In this document: positions 1 to 8,658 of the stretch, piece after piece
How positions within the stretch are numbered: position 1 is the stretch's first letter
Layout: the number at the start of each line of letters is the position of its first letter
Assembly: GCF_000354175.2 (NCBI RefSeq)
Contig: NC_022349.1
Location: 1,860,001-1,892,000, forward strand
Direction of reading: 5' to 3'
DNA: 32,000 bases
Source: Vibrio alginolyticus NBRC 15630 = ATCC 17749
GTDB lineage: Bacteria > Pseudomonadota > Gammaproteobacteria > Enterobacterales > Vibrionaceae
Position numbers and translations under genes: made by a program
Notes under the pieces: model-generated
Databases searched by the model: none
Told to the model about the DNA's origin: nothing
Seen by the model: only the letters and a program-made list of their open reading frames with translations

Positions 1-680
1 CCAACAGTGTAAAAGCAGCTATCGAGGTTCAAAATATCCTAGCGAATAACGGCTATCAAACTCACGGTTGGGATGTGGACTGGGCACCTGAAAATTGGGG
101 CATTGAAATGCCAGCAAACAGCCTTACAGAAGCAGAAGCATTTCTTGGATATGTGGATTCCGCGTTAAACACTTGTGCACCAACAACGATTAACCCGATC
201 AACTCCAAAGCTCAAGAGTTCCCATGTGGTACACCTTTACACGCCGATAAAGTTATCGTTTTAACTCACGAGTTCCTATTTGAAGATGGTAAGCGTGGCA
301 TGGGGGCAACGCAAAACTTACCTAAGCTCGCTAAGTTTATACAGTTAGCAAAACAAGCGGGTTATGACTTCGACACAATGGATAACTACACACCGAACTG
401 GCAAGTTGGTCATAACTACGACGCTGGCGATTACGTCTTACACCTAGGTACTGTATACCAGGCTGTAACAAACCATACTGCACAACAAGATTGGGCACCG
501 TCTCCAACCTCTAGCCTCTGGACAAATGCAGACCCAGCCACTAACTGGACTCAGAATGTTTCCTATAAACAAGGTGATGTGGTGACTTATCAAGGTTTGC
601 GTTATCTAGTTGATGTACCGCACGTGTCCCAAGCAGACTGGACTCCGAACACTCAAAATACCTTGTTCACAGCTCTATAG
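1..680 (+). CDS. Chitin oligosaccharide deacetylase-like protein, C-terminal part (5' end outside window), with two tandem chitin-binding (CBM5/12-type) repeats
   Basis: The frame is open from nt 3 with no stop, upstream of the tracked GTG at 75. The C-terminus holds two similar ~45-aa W/Y-rich repeats (NWQVGHNYDAGDYVLHLGTVYQAV...DWAP and NWTQNVSYKQGDVVTYQGLRYLV...DWTP), typical of chitin-binding modules on Vibrio CE4 deacetylases. A terminator follows. Confidence 0.7.
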   Translation, partial: NSVKAAIEVQNILANNGYQTHGWDVDWAPENWGIEMPANSLTEAEAFLGYVDSALNTCAPTTINPINSKAQEFPCGTPLHADKVIVLTHEFLFEDGKRGMGATQNLPKLAKFIQLAKQAGYDFDTMDNYTPNWQVGHNYDAGDYVLHLGTVYQAVTNHTAQQDWAPSPTSSLWTNADPATNWTQNVSYKQGDVVTYQGLRYLVDVPHVSQADWTPNTQNTLFTAL

Positions 681-710
681 GCTGTTCCTACTATCACCAT
701 GTAGTAGTTT

Positions 711-740
711 GCGCGAGGCATACCCCTCGCGCTTTTTTGT
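711..740 (+). terminator. Rho-independent terminator of the deacetylase gene
   Basis: GCGCGAGG (711-718) pairs with CCTCGCGC (725-732) and is followed by TTTTTT (733-738). Confidence 0.6.
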
Positions 741-755
741 TTTGAAGATCCAGAT

Positions 756-784
756 ACAACAAAGCCCCGACTTTCATCGAGGCT
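756..784 (-). terminator. Candidate intrinsic terminator ending the tRNA-Leu transcription unit
   Basis: The minus-strand RNA AGCCUCGA-UGAAAG-UCGGGGCU forms 8 bp including one G-U, so it pairs fully only on the minus strand. UUGUUGU follows. Confidence 0.4.
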
Positions 785-797
785 CTGTCTTAAAATA

Positions 798-870
798 TGG
801 TACCGGTGGACGGAGTTGATTGGACTGGCATTCCTGCCGTCACCGCGAAGGCAACGCTAACTTCCTTTTG
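798..870 (-). pseudogene. tRNA-Leu-derived fragment or tRNA-like element: 3' half retained, T-loop expanded, D and anticodon arms degenerate
   Basis: It shares an exact 15 nt with the real tRNA (795-809 = 924-938: acceptor 3' strand, CCA and trailer) and 11 nt of the variable arm (846-856 = 960-970). The T-stem GACGG/CCGTC still pairs. About 16 nt are inserted in the T-loop. No anticodon stem can be drawn. Confidence 0.4.
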
Positions 871-885
871 ATATTTACGAGCACC

Positions 886-921
886 TAAAACGACGAAAGG
901 CCGCTATAAAAGCGACCTTTC
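886..921 (-). terminator. Candidate intrinsic terminator directly after tRNA-Leu
   Basis: The minus-strand RNA GAAAGGUCGC-UUUUAUA-GCGGCCUUUC forms 10 bp with one G-U wobble, which would be a mismatch on the plus strand. GUCGUUUU follows. Confidence 0.45.
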
Positions 922-926
922 TGATA

Positions 927-1011
927 TGGTACCGGTGGGCGGACTTGAACCGCCACGCCCGAAGGCAACGGATTTTGAATCCGTCGTGTATACCAATTTC
1001 ACCACACCGGC
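927..1011 (-). tRNA. tRNA-Leu (anticodon CAA), type II with long variable arm and encoded CCA
   Basis: A manual cloverleaf on the minus strand gives acceptor GCCGGTG/CACCGGT, D-stem GTG/CAC with a GG loop, anticodon stem ACGGA/TCCGT with loop TTCAAAA, variable arm TGCCTTCGGGCGT, T-arm GGCGG-TTCAAGT-CCGCC, then ACCA. Total 85 nt. Confidence 0.93.
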
Positions 1012-1042
1012 ATCTTTGGGCTATTGCCCTTTGATGGTTGGC

Positions 1043-1070
1043 ATTATACGTAAGCTTTTGACCTGCGCAA
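1043..1070 (-). promoter_or_regulatory. Candidate sigma-70 promoter for tRNA-Leu
   Basis: On the minus strand, TTGCGC (1065-1070) is followed by a 16-nt spacer and a perfect TATAAT (1043-1048). A GC-rich discriminator (GCC) follows, about 30 nt upstream of the mature tRNA 5' end. Confidence 0.45.
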
Positions 1071-1201
1071 GCAGAAATACCTTAAATAACTATCGTTTGC
1101 TGATAATTTCGCCACAAAGTGTGACAAAGCTGTACTCATAAGAAACGTACGCTCCATTTTCTACTACTCTTCCAGATGAAAGTGAGTATACGAAACTCTT
1201 T

Positions 1202-1867
1202 TTAAATTCTATTCACTGTAATATCAGAAACATAACCATTCCCAATGCTCGACAACGCATTATGGAGCATCTCTGCGGCATCTTCTGCTTGCATGAAGTA
1301 ACTCGTGTCCATCGTATTGCCGCTTGTTTTCCAGAATTCCGTATCCATTCCACCAGGATAAACCGCGATAATTTTCATAGGTTTTCCTTTTAGCTCCAAA
1401 CGAACCGACTCAATTAATCCTTTGACGGCCCATTTCACTGCACAATACGTAGACTCTTGCGCTTTAGGTTGTTGCGCGGCTGTGGACATGATCATGACCA
1501 CTTTTATTGGATGATCTTTGTAACGCTTTACTAACTCTCTTAACACATGAATCGCAGAATTCAGGTTGTTATCAATCAACTTTTGAATCTCTTCCGGCTC
1601 CTGCTCTTCCAGTAAGCCAAAATAACCACTTCCTGCACTATGAATGACCATTTCAGGCGGCTGTTTCATCCCATCAAAGAGCTGTTTCACACCTTGATGT
1701 AATGAGAGGTTGCAAGCTTGATAGCCGACGTTATGAGAGAGTTGTTTTGCTAGTGCGGATAGTTTTTCTGTATTTCTTCCTATTACATACGTCTCTTTGC
1801 CTTCCGCATCATAACGCTTTGCTAGTTCCGCCCCTAAGCCGCTACTTGCACCTGTAATTACAATCAT
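1202..1867 (-). CDS. Short-chain dehydrogenase/reductase (SDR) family oxidoreductase
   Basis: 221-aa ORF with the N-terminal cofactor motif ITGASSGLG and the catalytic YxxxK motif (YCAVK), about 140 residues apart as in classical SDRs. Confidence 0.85.
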   Translation of the reverse strand: MIVITGASSGLGAELAKRYDAEGKETYVIGRNTEKLSALAKQLSHNVGYQACNLSLHQGVKQLFDGMKQPPEMVIHSAGSGYFGLLEEQEPEEIQKLIDNNLNSAIHVLRELVKRYKDHPIKVVMIMSTAAQQPKAQESTYCAVKWAVKGLIESVRLELKGKPMKIIAVYPGGMDTEFWKTSGNTMDTSYFMQAEDAAEMLHNALSSIGNGYVSDITVNRI

Positions 1868-2094
1868 GCGCTACCTCTTTTCAATCACATACTTTTAATT
1901 CATCTATCAATTAAGGTAACAGAATCGTGGTAATTCACACCTCAAGAGCACCATTCTTTGAAGCAAGCAGCTTTCTTACTTTCGTGATGCATGAAATATC
2001 AAGCAGAACGACGGGCATTTAACCTATGCTTAAGCAAGAATAACTTTCTGAATTTTCTATCGACTTTCTAGTGAGAACTGAATAGGAGCAAAGA

Positions 2095-3363
2095 ATGACT
2101 GGGTCAAAATGGCAGTGGTTACTGAAACAGATGACACGAAAACTGTGGGTCCGGACGTCACTCTACGCATTACTAGCTGTTGCTACCGCCTTAATGTCGA
2201 TTGTTTTAAACCAGTTCATTACTCTGCCCCCTGCCATCAACGTCAGCAAGGATTTGTTGAACAACATATTAAATATCCTCGCAACCTCCATGCTTGCAGT
2301 GACTACATTCTCTCTCAATATTATGGTCTCAGCGTACAGTGCCGCTAGTGCAGGGGTAACGCCGCGAGCGACAAAACTGTTGATGGAAGACAGCACAACA
2401 CAAAATGCCTTAGCAACCTTTCTTGGCTCTTTTCTATTTAGTTTGGTAGGAATTATCGCGCTAGGTATTGGGGCCTATCATCAACAAGCACAAATTTATC
2501 TATTCATCGTGACTATCGCCGTAATCGTGATGATCATACTCACTCTGTTACGTTGGATTCAGCACCTTTCCGTACTAGGAAGGGTCAGTGAAACCACTTC
2601 ATACGTAGAGCAAGCCTTGTTAGATGCGATAAGAAAACGGGGTAAAGAGCGCTGGCTAGGTGCTCACCCGTGGAGCCACCCAGAACATAAACCCAGAGGA
2701 AGTAAACCTATTTTGAGCCAAGAAATTGGCTACTTACAGCATGTTGATATGCATCATCTCGATAGTATTGCTGAAGCAAACCAATGCACCATCTATCTTG
2801 AGCGACAACCGGGAAGTTTTGTGTACGTAGGTCAACCATTGGCTTGGGTTTGTGGAGAGTTGCCAGACGAAAGCGAAGTAACGGCAGCCTTCACGATTCG
2901 AACGGAGCGTTCATATGATCAGGACCCTCGCTTTGGTTTAGTCGTTATGGCGGAAATCGCCTCACGAGCACTATCTCCGGCTGTAAATGATAATGGCACC
3001 GCGATTGACGTTCTTGGGCGTTCTGTACGAGCACTTTCATTATGGGGAGACCTACTCAGCGAGCCGCCTACCAAAACTCGATACCCTAGACTATTTGTGC
3101 CCGCATTAAGCTGCCAGGATTTGTTCGATGATGTCTTTTTGCCGATAGCACACGATGGTGCAGCGCAACTCCAAATACAGATTCGCCTACAAAAGGCCTT
3201 GCTAGCTCTCTCTAGTATGCACCCTAAGTTATTTTTGTCACCAGCAATCAAGCTGTCAGAAAAAGCTTTAGAGCTTTCATTAAGCCAACATTATACCGAA
3301 GATGAGAAACACCAACTCTCTCAGCTATCTAATCTGGTCACAGACCAAAAAGCCAATGGTTAA
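2095..3363 (+). CDS. Membrane protein, DUF2254-like: N-terminal multi-TM region plus large soluble C-terminal domain
   Basis: 422-aa ORF with several hydrophobic helices in the first ~160 aa followed by a hydrophilic domain. The DUF2254 assignment comes from remembered family architecture and is not verified. Confidence 0.7.
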   Translation: MTGSKWQWLLKQMTRKLWVRTSLYALLAVATALMSIVLNQFITLPPAINVSKDLLNNILNILATSMLAVTTFSLNIMVSAYSAASAGVTPRATKLLMEDSTTQNALATFLGSFLFSLVGIIALGIGAYHQQAQIYLFIVTIAVIVMIILTLLRWIQHLSVLGRVSETTSYVEQALLDAIRKRGKERWLGAHPWSHPEHKPRGSKPILSQEIGYLQHVDMHHLDSIAEANQCTIYLERQPGSFVYVGQPLAWVCGELPDESEVTAAFTIRTERSYDQDPRFGLVVMAEIASRALSPAVNDNGTAIDVLGRSVRALSLWGDLLSEPPTKTRYPRLFVPALSCQDLFDDVFLPIAHDGAAQLQIQIRLQKALLALSSMHPKLFLSPAIKLSEKALELSLSQHYTEDEKHQLSQLSNLVTDQKANG

Positions 3364-3547
3364 GAGAGTCGAATTCAGTTGAAACATATTGCTGCACGGC
3401 CTCGTGTATCATGACATGTGCTGATAACGTAGGGCAGAAAAGTCTCTTCGTTTATACACAATTAAAGACTCTGTGCGTTAGGTCTCTTTTCTCTTGGTGA
3501 GGGAATCTATATTCTGACGCACAATTTTTAAGGTAAGTGATGGAATA

Positions 3548-4027
3548 ATGACAACGTCTACAACTCTTCCACCTGCTGGTCTCTTTCGTCGACTTGCAGC
3601 GTTGATTTACGACACATTGATTATTATCGCAATTGAAATGATGGCCGCAGGTATTGTTATGGCCGTTGTGTTTGCACTAAATGCAGCAGGATTGTTGAGC
3701 TATGGCGAGTACGCTGATGCCGCAGATATGCTCGGAAAGCACCCTGTATTGAGCCCTCTATTTACACTTTATCTTGCGGGTGTGTGGATATATTTCTTTG
3801 TGTTCTTCTGGACGCGAGCAGGACAAACTCTTGGGATGCGCGCTTGGAAGCTTCGAGTTCGCAATGCCAAAGACGGAGCACCAATTACGGTAACTCAAGC
3901 TCTGATTCGTATTTCGACATCTGGCTTTGGCTTGGCAAATTTGACTGTACCGATTGATCCGAAGAAACGTGGTTTCCACGACATTTGGGCCAAAACAGAG
4001 GTTGTTGTATTACCTAAGGCAAATTAA
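3548..4027 (+). CDS. RDD family membrane protein
   Basis: 159-aa ORF. It has an N-terminal R..YD element (RRLAALIYD), three hydrophobic segments and a C-terminal HD-containing motif (FHDIWAKT), matching the RDD domain layout. Confidence 0.8.
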   Translation: MTTSTTLPPAGLFRRLAALIYDTLIIIAIEMMAAGIVMAVVFALNAAGLLSYGEYADAADMLGKHPVLSPLFTLYLAGVWIYFFVFFWTRAGQTLGMRAWKLRVRNAKDGAPITVTQALIRISTSGFGLANLTVPIDPKKRGFHDIWAKTEVVVLPKAN

Positions 4028-4043
4028 CTTGTCTAGGAACACA

Positions 4044-4072
4044 AAAAAGGAAGGCGTAATGCCTTCCTTTTA
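4044..4072. terminator. Bidirectional intrinsic terminator between the convergent RDD gene and lptG
   Basis: GGAAGGC-GTAAT-GCCTTCC is flanked by an A-run on the left and a T-run on the right. Confidence 0.6.
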
Positions 4073-4114
4073 CGTTTGGTTCGGTAAAACTTGGTTTATT
4101 CGATGATGCTTCAG

Positions 4115-5185
4115 TTATAGCTTTCTTCGTAGCAGTGCAATCGCAATAGCTAAGAACACCAAACTCGGGGCCAAAGCACCAAACACTGGGGATATGCCAT
4201 ACACCAAGCTTAATGGACCAAAGAACTCACTGGATATGTAAAAAGTAAACCCGGCAACCACGCCCGACAATACCCTTGCCCCCATGGTCACGCTTCTGAG
4301 TGGACCGAAAACAAAAGATAGCGCCATTAACATCATCACAGCAATTGAAAGCGGCTGAGTCAACTTACGCCAAAACGCCAACTCATAGCGAGATGCATCT
4401 TGTTCCGATGCTTTCAGGTAAGTCACATAATCATACAAACCGCTCAGTGACAGTTCTTCTGGCTTCACGGTCACCACAGCTAGCTTATCTGGTGCCAAAG
4501 AGGTGTGCCACTCCATCTGTTCGATGTCTTGCTTTGAAATTACGTTTTCATTTTCCATGTCCGTAATTTGTACGTAGCGCATCAGCCAGTTGTTATCTTG
4601 TTGGTAGTCGACTTCTTCGGCGAAAATAACTTTTTGTAGATTCTTATCATCATCAAAACGCCACATATTTAAAGCATAAAGCTTGTCGTCTTCGACTTTA
4701 CCTATAAAGATAAAGTCGTTTGCGTCACGAGCCCACACACCTGAGCGCACAGACACAATGCTACCACCTGATATCGCAAACGCACGTAAGTCACGGGCCA
4801 TCTTCTGGGCCTCAGGAGCGCCCCATTGACCTAACGCCATAACGACAATCATGAGCGGGACGGCCGTTTTTAGTACCGATAACCCGATATCCAGCTTAGA
4901 GAAACCAGCAGCTTGCATCACCACCAGCTCAGAGCTTGAAGCCAACATACCTAAGCCGATCAGGGCACCGAGTAATGCCGCCATTGGAAAGAACATTTCG
5001 ATATCACGCGGCACACTGAGTAACACAAAGTACAACGCATGAGTGAGGTCGTACACACCTCGCCCTACTTTACGTAGCTGTTCTACATATTTGATGATGC
5101 CCGATAAGCCAACAAACGTCGCTAAAACCAAGGCAGTGGTAGAGATGATGGTTCTACCGATGTAAAGGTCTAAGATTTTGAACAC
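4115..5185 (-). CDS. lptG: LPS export ABC transporter permease LptG
   Basis: 356 aa, similar to E. coli LptG (YjgQ). It lies immediately downstream of lptF with a 3-nt gap, in the conserved position divergent from pepA. Confidence 0.93.
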   Translation of the reverse strand: MFKILDLYIGRTIISTTALVLATFVGLSGIIKYVEQLRKVGRGVYDLTHALYFVLLSVPRDIEMFFPMAALLGALIGLGMLASSSELVVMQAAGFSKLDIGLSVLKTAVPLMIVVMALGQWGAPEAQKMARDLRAFAISGGSIVSVRSGVWARDANDFIFIGKVEDDKLYALNMWRFDDDKNLQKVIFAEEVDYQQDNNWLMRYVQITDMENENVISKQDIEQMEWHTSLAPDKLAVVTVKPEELSLSGLYDYVTYLKASEQDASRYELAFWRKLTQPLSIAVMMLMALSFVFGPLRSVTMGARVLSGVVAGFTFYISSEFFGPLSLVYGISPVFGALAPSLVFLAIAIALLRRKL

Positions 5186-5188
5186 AGC

Positions 5189-6289
5189 TTACGCGAGCCT
5201 CTTCTTGCGGAATTTGTCTTTTATTCGTCTAGCAGCAACGCTGTCCATCATATTCGCCATGATAGCAACAATCAGCAACATCGCATTGATTGGCCACATA
5301 CCAATAGCAGCCGGGATGTCACCATCTTCTAATGCAGATTTGGTTGCACTGATCGCCAAGAAATACGCTAGGTAGATCAGAATCGCAGGCCCCATTTTGG
5401 CAAACCGTCCCTGACGCGGATTCACCGCAGACAAAGGAATAACGAGCATTGTTAAGAGTGGAATACACACAAATAACGAAATTCGCCATTGTAGCTCCGC
5501 TTGCGCCTCTGGATCTGGGTGACCTATCAAGTCAACCGTTGGGTATGCTTCCCAGTCTCGCCCTTTCTTTTTGACCTCACGTTGGCCGATAACACCTTCG
5601 TATTCATCGAATTTCGTGATCATATATTCAACGCGAGTAGGCACACCTTCATAACGCGTACCTTCTTTCATAGTGATGATCTGACGACCGTCCGAAAGCT
5701 CTTTTACTTCACCAGAAGATGAGAACATCACACTCGGTAACACTGAATCTCGAGGGCGCATCTGCGCAACAAAAACGTTGCTCAAGGTATTGTCTTTAAT
5801 GTCATCGATGAACACAACCGATGAACCGTCTGGTGTACCTTGGAACTGACCTTTTTTAAGTAGGTCAACGCTGTTTTCTGACGCTACCTGCTCATAAAGC
5901 TGCTCAACGCGGTCTTGAGACCACGGCGATAGCCACAACGCATTGAAAGCCGCCACCGCTGAAGTAATCAACGCTAGGTATAAGGCCGCTTGAACCAAGA
6001 ATTTATTACCAATACCTGTCGCGTTCATTACGACAATTTCGCTCTCTGCATACAGACGACCAAATGTGATCAATATGCCGATATACAGACTTAAAGGCAG
6101 CATTAACAGACCCATTGCTGGCATGTTCAAACCAACAATCGAGAAAATCAATCCAGCAGGAATATCCCCATCAGAAGCATCAGCAAGAACACTTATGAAT
6201 TTCTGGCTTACAAACACCAAAAAAAGTACGAAAAAAATCGCAAATTGGCTCTTGAGTGTTTCGCGGATCAAATATCTAACAATAATCAC
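5189..6289 (-). CDS. lptF: LPS export ABC transporter permease LptF
   Basis: 366 aa. The N-terminus [15 protein letters not shown] closely matches E. coli LptF (MIIIRYLVRETLKSQ). Divergent from pepA as in E. coli. Confidence 0.93.
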   Translation of the reverse strand: MIIVRYLIRETLKSQFAIFFVLFLVFVSQKFISVLADASDGDIPAGLIFSIVGLNMPAMGLLMLPLSLYIGILITFGRLYAESEIVVMNATGIGNKFLVQAALYLALITSAVAAFNALWLSPWSQDRVEQLYEQVASENSVDLLKKGQFQGTPDGSSVVFIDDIKDNTLSNVFVAQMRPRDSVLPSVMFSSSGEVKELSDGRQIITMKEGTRYEGVPTRVEYMITKFDEYEGVIGQREVKKKGRDWEAYPTVDLIGHPDPEAQAELQWRISLFVCIPLLTMLVIPLSAVNPRQGRFAKMGPAILIYLAYFLAISATKSALEDGDIPAAIGMWPINAMLLIVAIMANMMDSVAARRIKDKFRKKRLA

Positions 6290-6488
6290 GCTGAAATTAC
6301 CTATACAAAACTTGTTTTTTTGGTCGAATCACTATAGTTTCCCGTTGAACCATTTATTTTTTAAAAATTATAAACTAGATGTTAGTCGCTTAATCAGCTC
6401 TGCATGTAAGCCTGGAGCTAAAATTCAACAAGTAAGCGATCATTATCTAACATTTAGAGCAATTTGTCTTCAGGATGTAGGAGTACGC

Positions 6489-7997
6489 ATGGAGTTCAGT
6501 GTAAAAAGTGGCAGTCCAGAGAAACAACGTAGCGCATGTATCGTTGTTGGTGTGTTTGAACCACGTCGCCTTTCTCCAGTAGCCGAACAACTTGATAAAA
6601 TCAGTGACGGTTACATCAGTTCACTACTTCGCCGTGGTGATCTAGAGGGTAAACCTGGTCAGATGCTGCTACTGCATCAAGTACCAGGTGTTTTGTCAGA
6701 GCGCGTTTTACTTGTCGGTTGCGGCAAAGAGCGTGAACTTGGCGAGCGCCAGTACAAGGAAATCATTCAAAAGACGATCAGCACACTTAACGAGACAGGC
6801 TCAATGGAAGCGGTATGTTTCCTAACTGAACTGCATGTTAAGGGTCGTGATACATACTGGAAAGTGCGCCAGGCTGTAGAAGCGACTAAAGATGGTCTAT
6901 ACACATTTAATCAATTCAAGAGCGTGAAACCTGAGACTCGCCGCCCACTGCGCAAGCTTGTTTTCAACGTACCAACGCGTCGTGAATTGAACTTGGGTGA
7001 AAAAGCAATCACTCATGGTCTTGCTATCGCATCAGGTGTCAAAGCCTCAAAAGACCTTGGCAACATGCCGCCAAACGTAGCTAATCCAGCTTACCTTGCT
7101 TCTCAAGCTCGTCGTCTAGCGGACGATTACGAAACCGTAACCACCAAAATTATTGGTGAGCAAGAGATGGAAAAACTGGGTATGACCTCTTACCTAGCAG
7201 TAGGCCGTGGTTCTAAAAACGAATCTATGATGTCTATCATCGAGTACAAAGGTAACCCTGACTCAGATGCAAAACCGATTGTGCTCGTAGGTAAAGGTCT
7301 AACCTTCGACTCAGGCGGTATCTCTCTAAAGCCGGGCGAAGGTATGGATGAGATGAAGTACGACATGTGTGGTGCGGCATCGGTATTCGGTACAATGAAA
7401 GCGCTAGCGAAGCTAAACCTACCAATCAACGTTATTGGTGTTCTAGCGGGCTGTGAAAACATGCCTGGCAGCAACGCTTACCGTCCAGGTGACATCCTAA
7501 CGACCATGTCTGGTCAAACTGTAGAAGTTCTGAACACGGATGCTGAAGGCCGTCTTGTTCTTTGTGACGCACTGACTTACGTAGAGCGTTTCGAACCAGA
7601 CTGCGTGGTTGACGTTGCAACGCTAACTGGTGCTTGTGTTATCGCACTAGGCCACCATATCAGCGGTGTAATCTCTAACCACAACCCTCTTTCTCATGAG
7701 CTAGTAAACGCTTCTGAGCAAGCGAGTGACCGTGCATGGCGTCTACCAATGGCAGACGAGTACCACGAACAGTTGAAGAGCCCGTTTGCGGATATGGCAA
7801 ACATTGGTGGTCGCCCTGGTGGCACAATTACTGCGGGTTGCTTCTTATCTAAGTTCGCGAAGAAGTATAACTGGGCACACGTCGATATCGCAGGTACCGC
7901 GTGGAAATCAGGCGCAGCGAAAGGCTCAACGGGCCGTCCTGTCTCAATGCTTGTCCAATTCCTTTTGAACCGCAGCGGCCAAGAGACAGAAGAGTAA
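6489..7997 (+). CDS. pepA: Leucyl/cytosol aminopeptidase PepA (M17 family)
   Basis: 502 aa from the ATG at 6489 ([13 protein letters not shown]...). It carries the M17 signature NTDAEGRL. The tracked ORF start at 6066 is an artefactual extension overlapping lptF. Confidence 0.95.
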   Translation: MEFSVKSGSPEKQRSACIVVGVFEPRRLSPVAEQLDKISDGYISSLLRRGDLEGKPGQMLLLHQVPGVLSERVLLVGCGKERELGERQYKEIIQKTISTLNETGSMEAVCFLTELHVKGRDTYWKVRQAVEATKDGLYTFNQFKSVKPETRRPLRKLVFNVPTRRELNLGEKAITHGLAIASGVKASKDLGNMPPNVANPAYLASQARRLADDYETVTTKIIGEQEMEKLGMTSYLAVGRGSKNESMMSIIEYKGNPDSDAKPIVLVGKGLTFDSGGISLKPGEGMDEMKYDMCGAASVFGTMKALAKLNLPINVIGVLAGCENMPGSNAYRPGDILTTMSGQTVEVLNTDAEGRLVLCDALTYVERFEPDCVVDVATLTGACVIALGHHISGVISNHNPLSHELVNASEQASDRAWRLPMADEYHEQLKSPFADMANIGGRPGGTITAGCFLSKFAKKYNWAHVDIAGTAWKSGAAKGSTGRPVSMLVQFLLNRSGQETEE

Positions 7998-8013
7998 TTT
8001 CTGAACAGAATCT

Positions 8014-8038
8014 AAAAGGGCCGCAAGGCCCTTTTTTA
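8014..8038 (+). terminator. Intrinsic terminator after pepA
   Basis: GGGCC-GCAA-GGCCC followed by TTTTTT. Confidence 0.65.
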
Positions 8039-8109
8039 TTATCCTAATTTTCTAAAATGAAAGTGGGACTTAAGATGGTCTTAGGAAGAGACCCAAGGCA
8101 AGTGAGAGA

Positions 8110-8562
8110 ATGATGCAAACTGCAACCTTCTACATCATTAACGAAGAGAGCCCGCAAGCAACGGTGGCTGGCTTTGAAGAATACATCGTGTTTTTGGCTC
8201 AGCACTTTGCTCGCCAAGGCGCTAAAGTGTATTTAAACTGCCAAGACAAACCACACGCCGAGCAGCTCGCTGAAGCCTTTTGGCAAGTTGATGCAGACAA
8301 GTTCATGGCACATAACCTCGTAGGCGAGGGACCGAAATACGCCACCAATATTGAAATCGGCCATGAAGGTGTAAAACCTAATTGGAACCGTCAGCTGGTA
8401 ATTAATTTGGCGGAAAATGAGACAACCTTTGCGAACAAGTTTGCTCAAGTGGTAGACTTCGTGCCCTGCGAAGAAAAAGCTAAACAACTCGCAAGAGAAA
8501 GATATAAAATTTACCGTCAAGCAGGTTACCAGCTGCAAACGATCGAAATTCAATATCCTTAA
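8110..8562 (+). CDS. holC: DNA polymerase III subunit chi
   Basis: 150 aa. ATFYII...VVDFVPCEEKAKQLARERYKIYRQAGY parallels E. coli HolC (ATFYLL...VVDFVPYEDSLKQLARERYKAYRVAGF). It sits in the pepA-holC-valS order. The start could be 8110 or 8113. Confidence 0.9.
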   Translation: MMQTATFYIINEESPQATVAGFEEYIVFLAQHFARQGAKVYLNCQDKPHAEQLAEAFWQVDADKFMAHNLVGEGPKYATNIEIGHEGVKPNWNRQLVINLAENETTFANKFAQVVDFVPCEEKAKQLARERYKIYRQAGYQLQTIEIQYP

Positions 8563-8658
8563 CGGTCAATCCTTATAGTTAAGGCGATCTTGTTAAGATC
8601 CCTCACTTATAAAGATTGACTAAGATTCAACCATCAACGTATCCATTAAAAGAGCGCT

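Noticed and set aside
610-1141. Plus-strand ORFs at 610-819 and 926-1141.
   Set aside because: The first spans the deacetylase terminator and intergenic hairpins. The second is the antisense of tRNA-Leu and its promoter.
795-4100. The idea that tRNA-Leu marks an integrated genomic island.
   Set aside because: There is no integrase, transposase or phage gene. The only direct repeat pair is 129 bp apart, and I see no compositional break. The evidence supports only a local tRNA-derived duplication.
6066-6488. A 5' extension of the pepA ORF, which is tracked as 643 aa starting at 6066.
   Set aside because: The extension overlaps the lptF coding region on the opposite strand and the AT-rich divergent promoter region. 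Homology to PepA begins at MEFSVKSG (ATG 6489), giving the expected ~502 aa.
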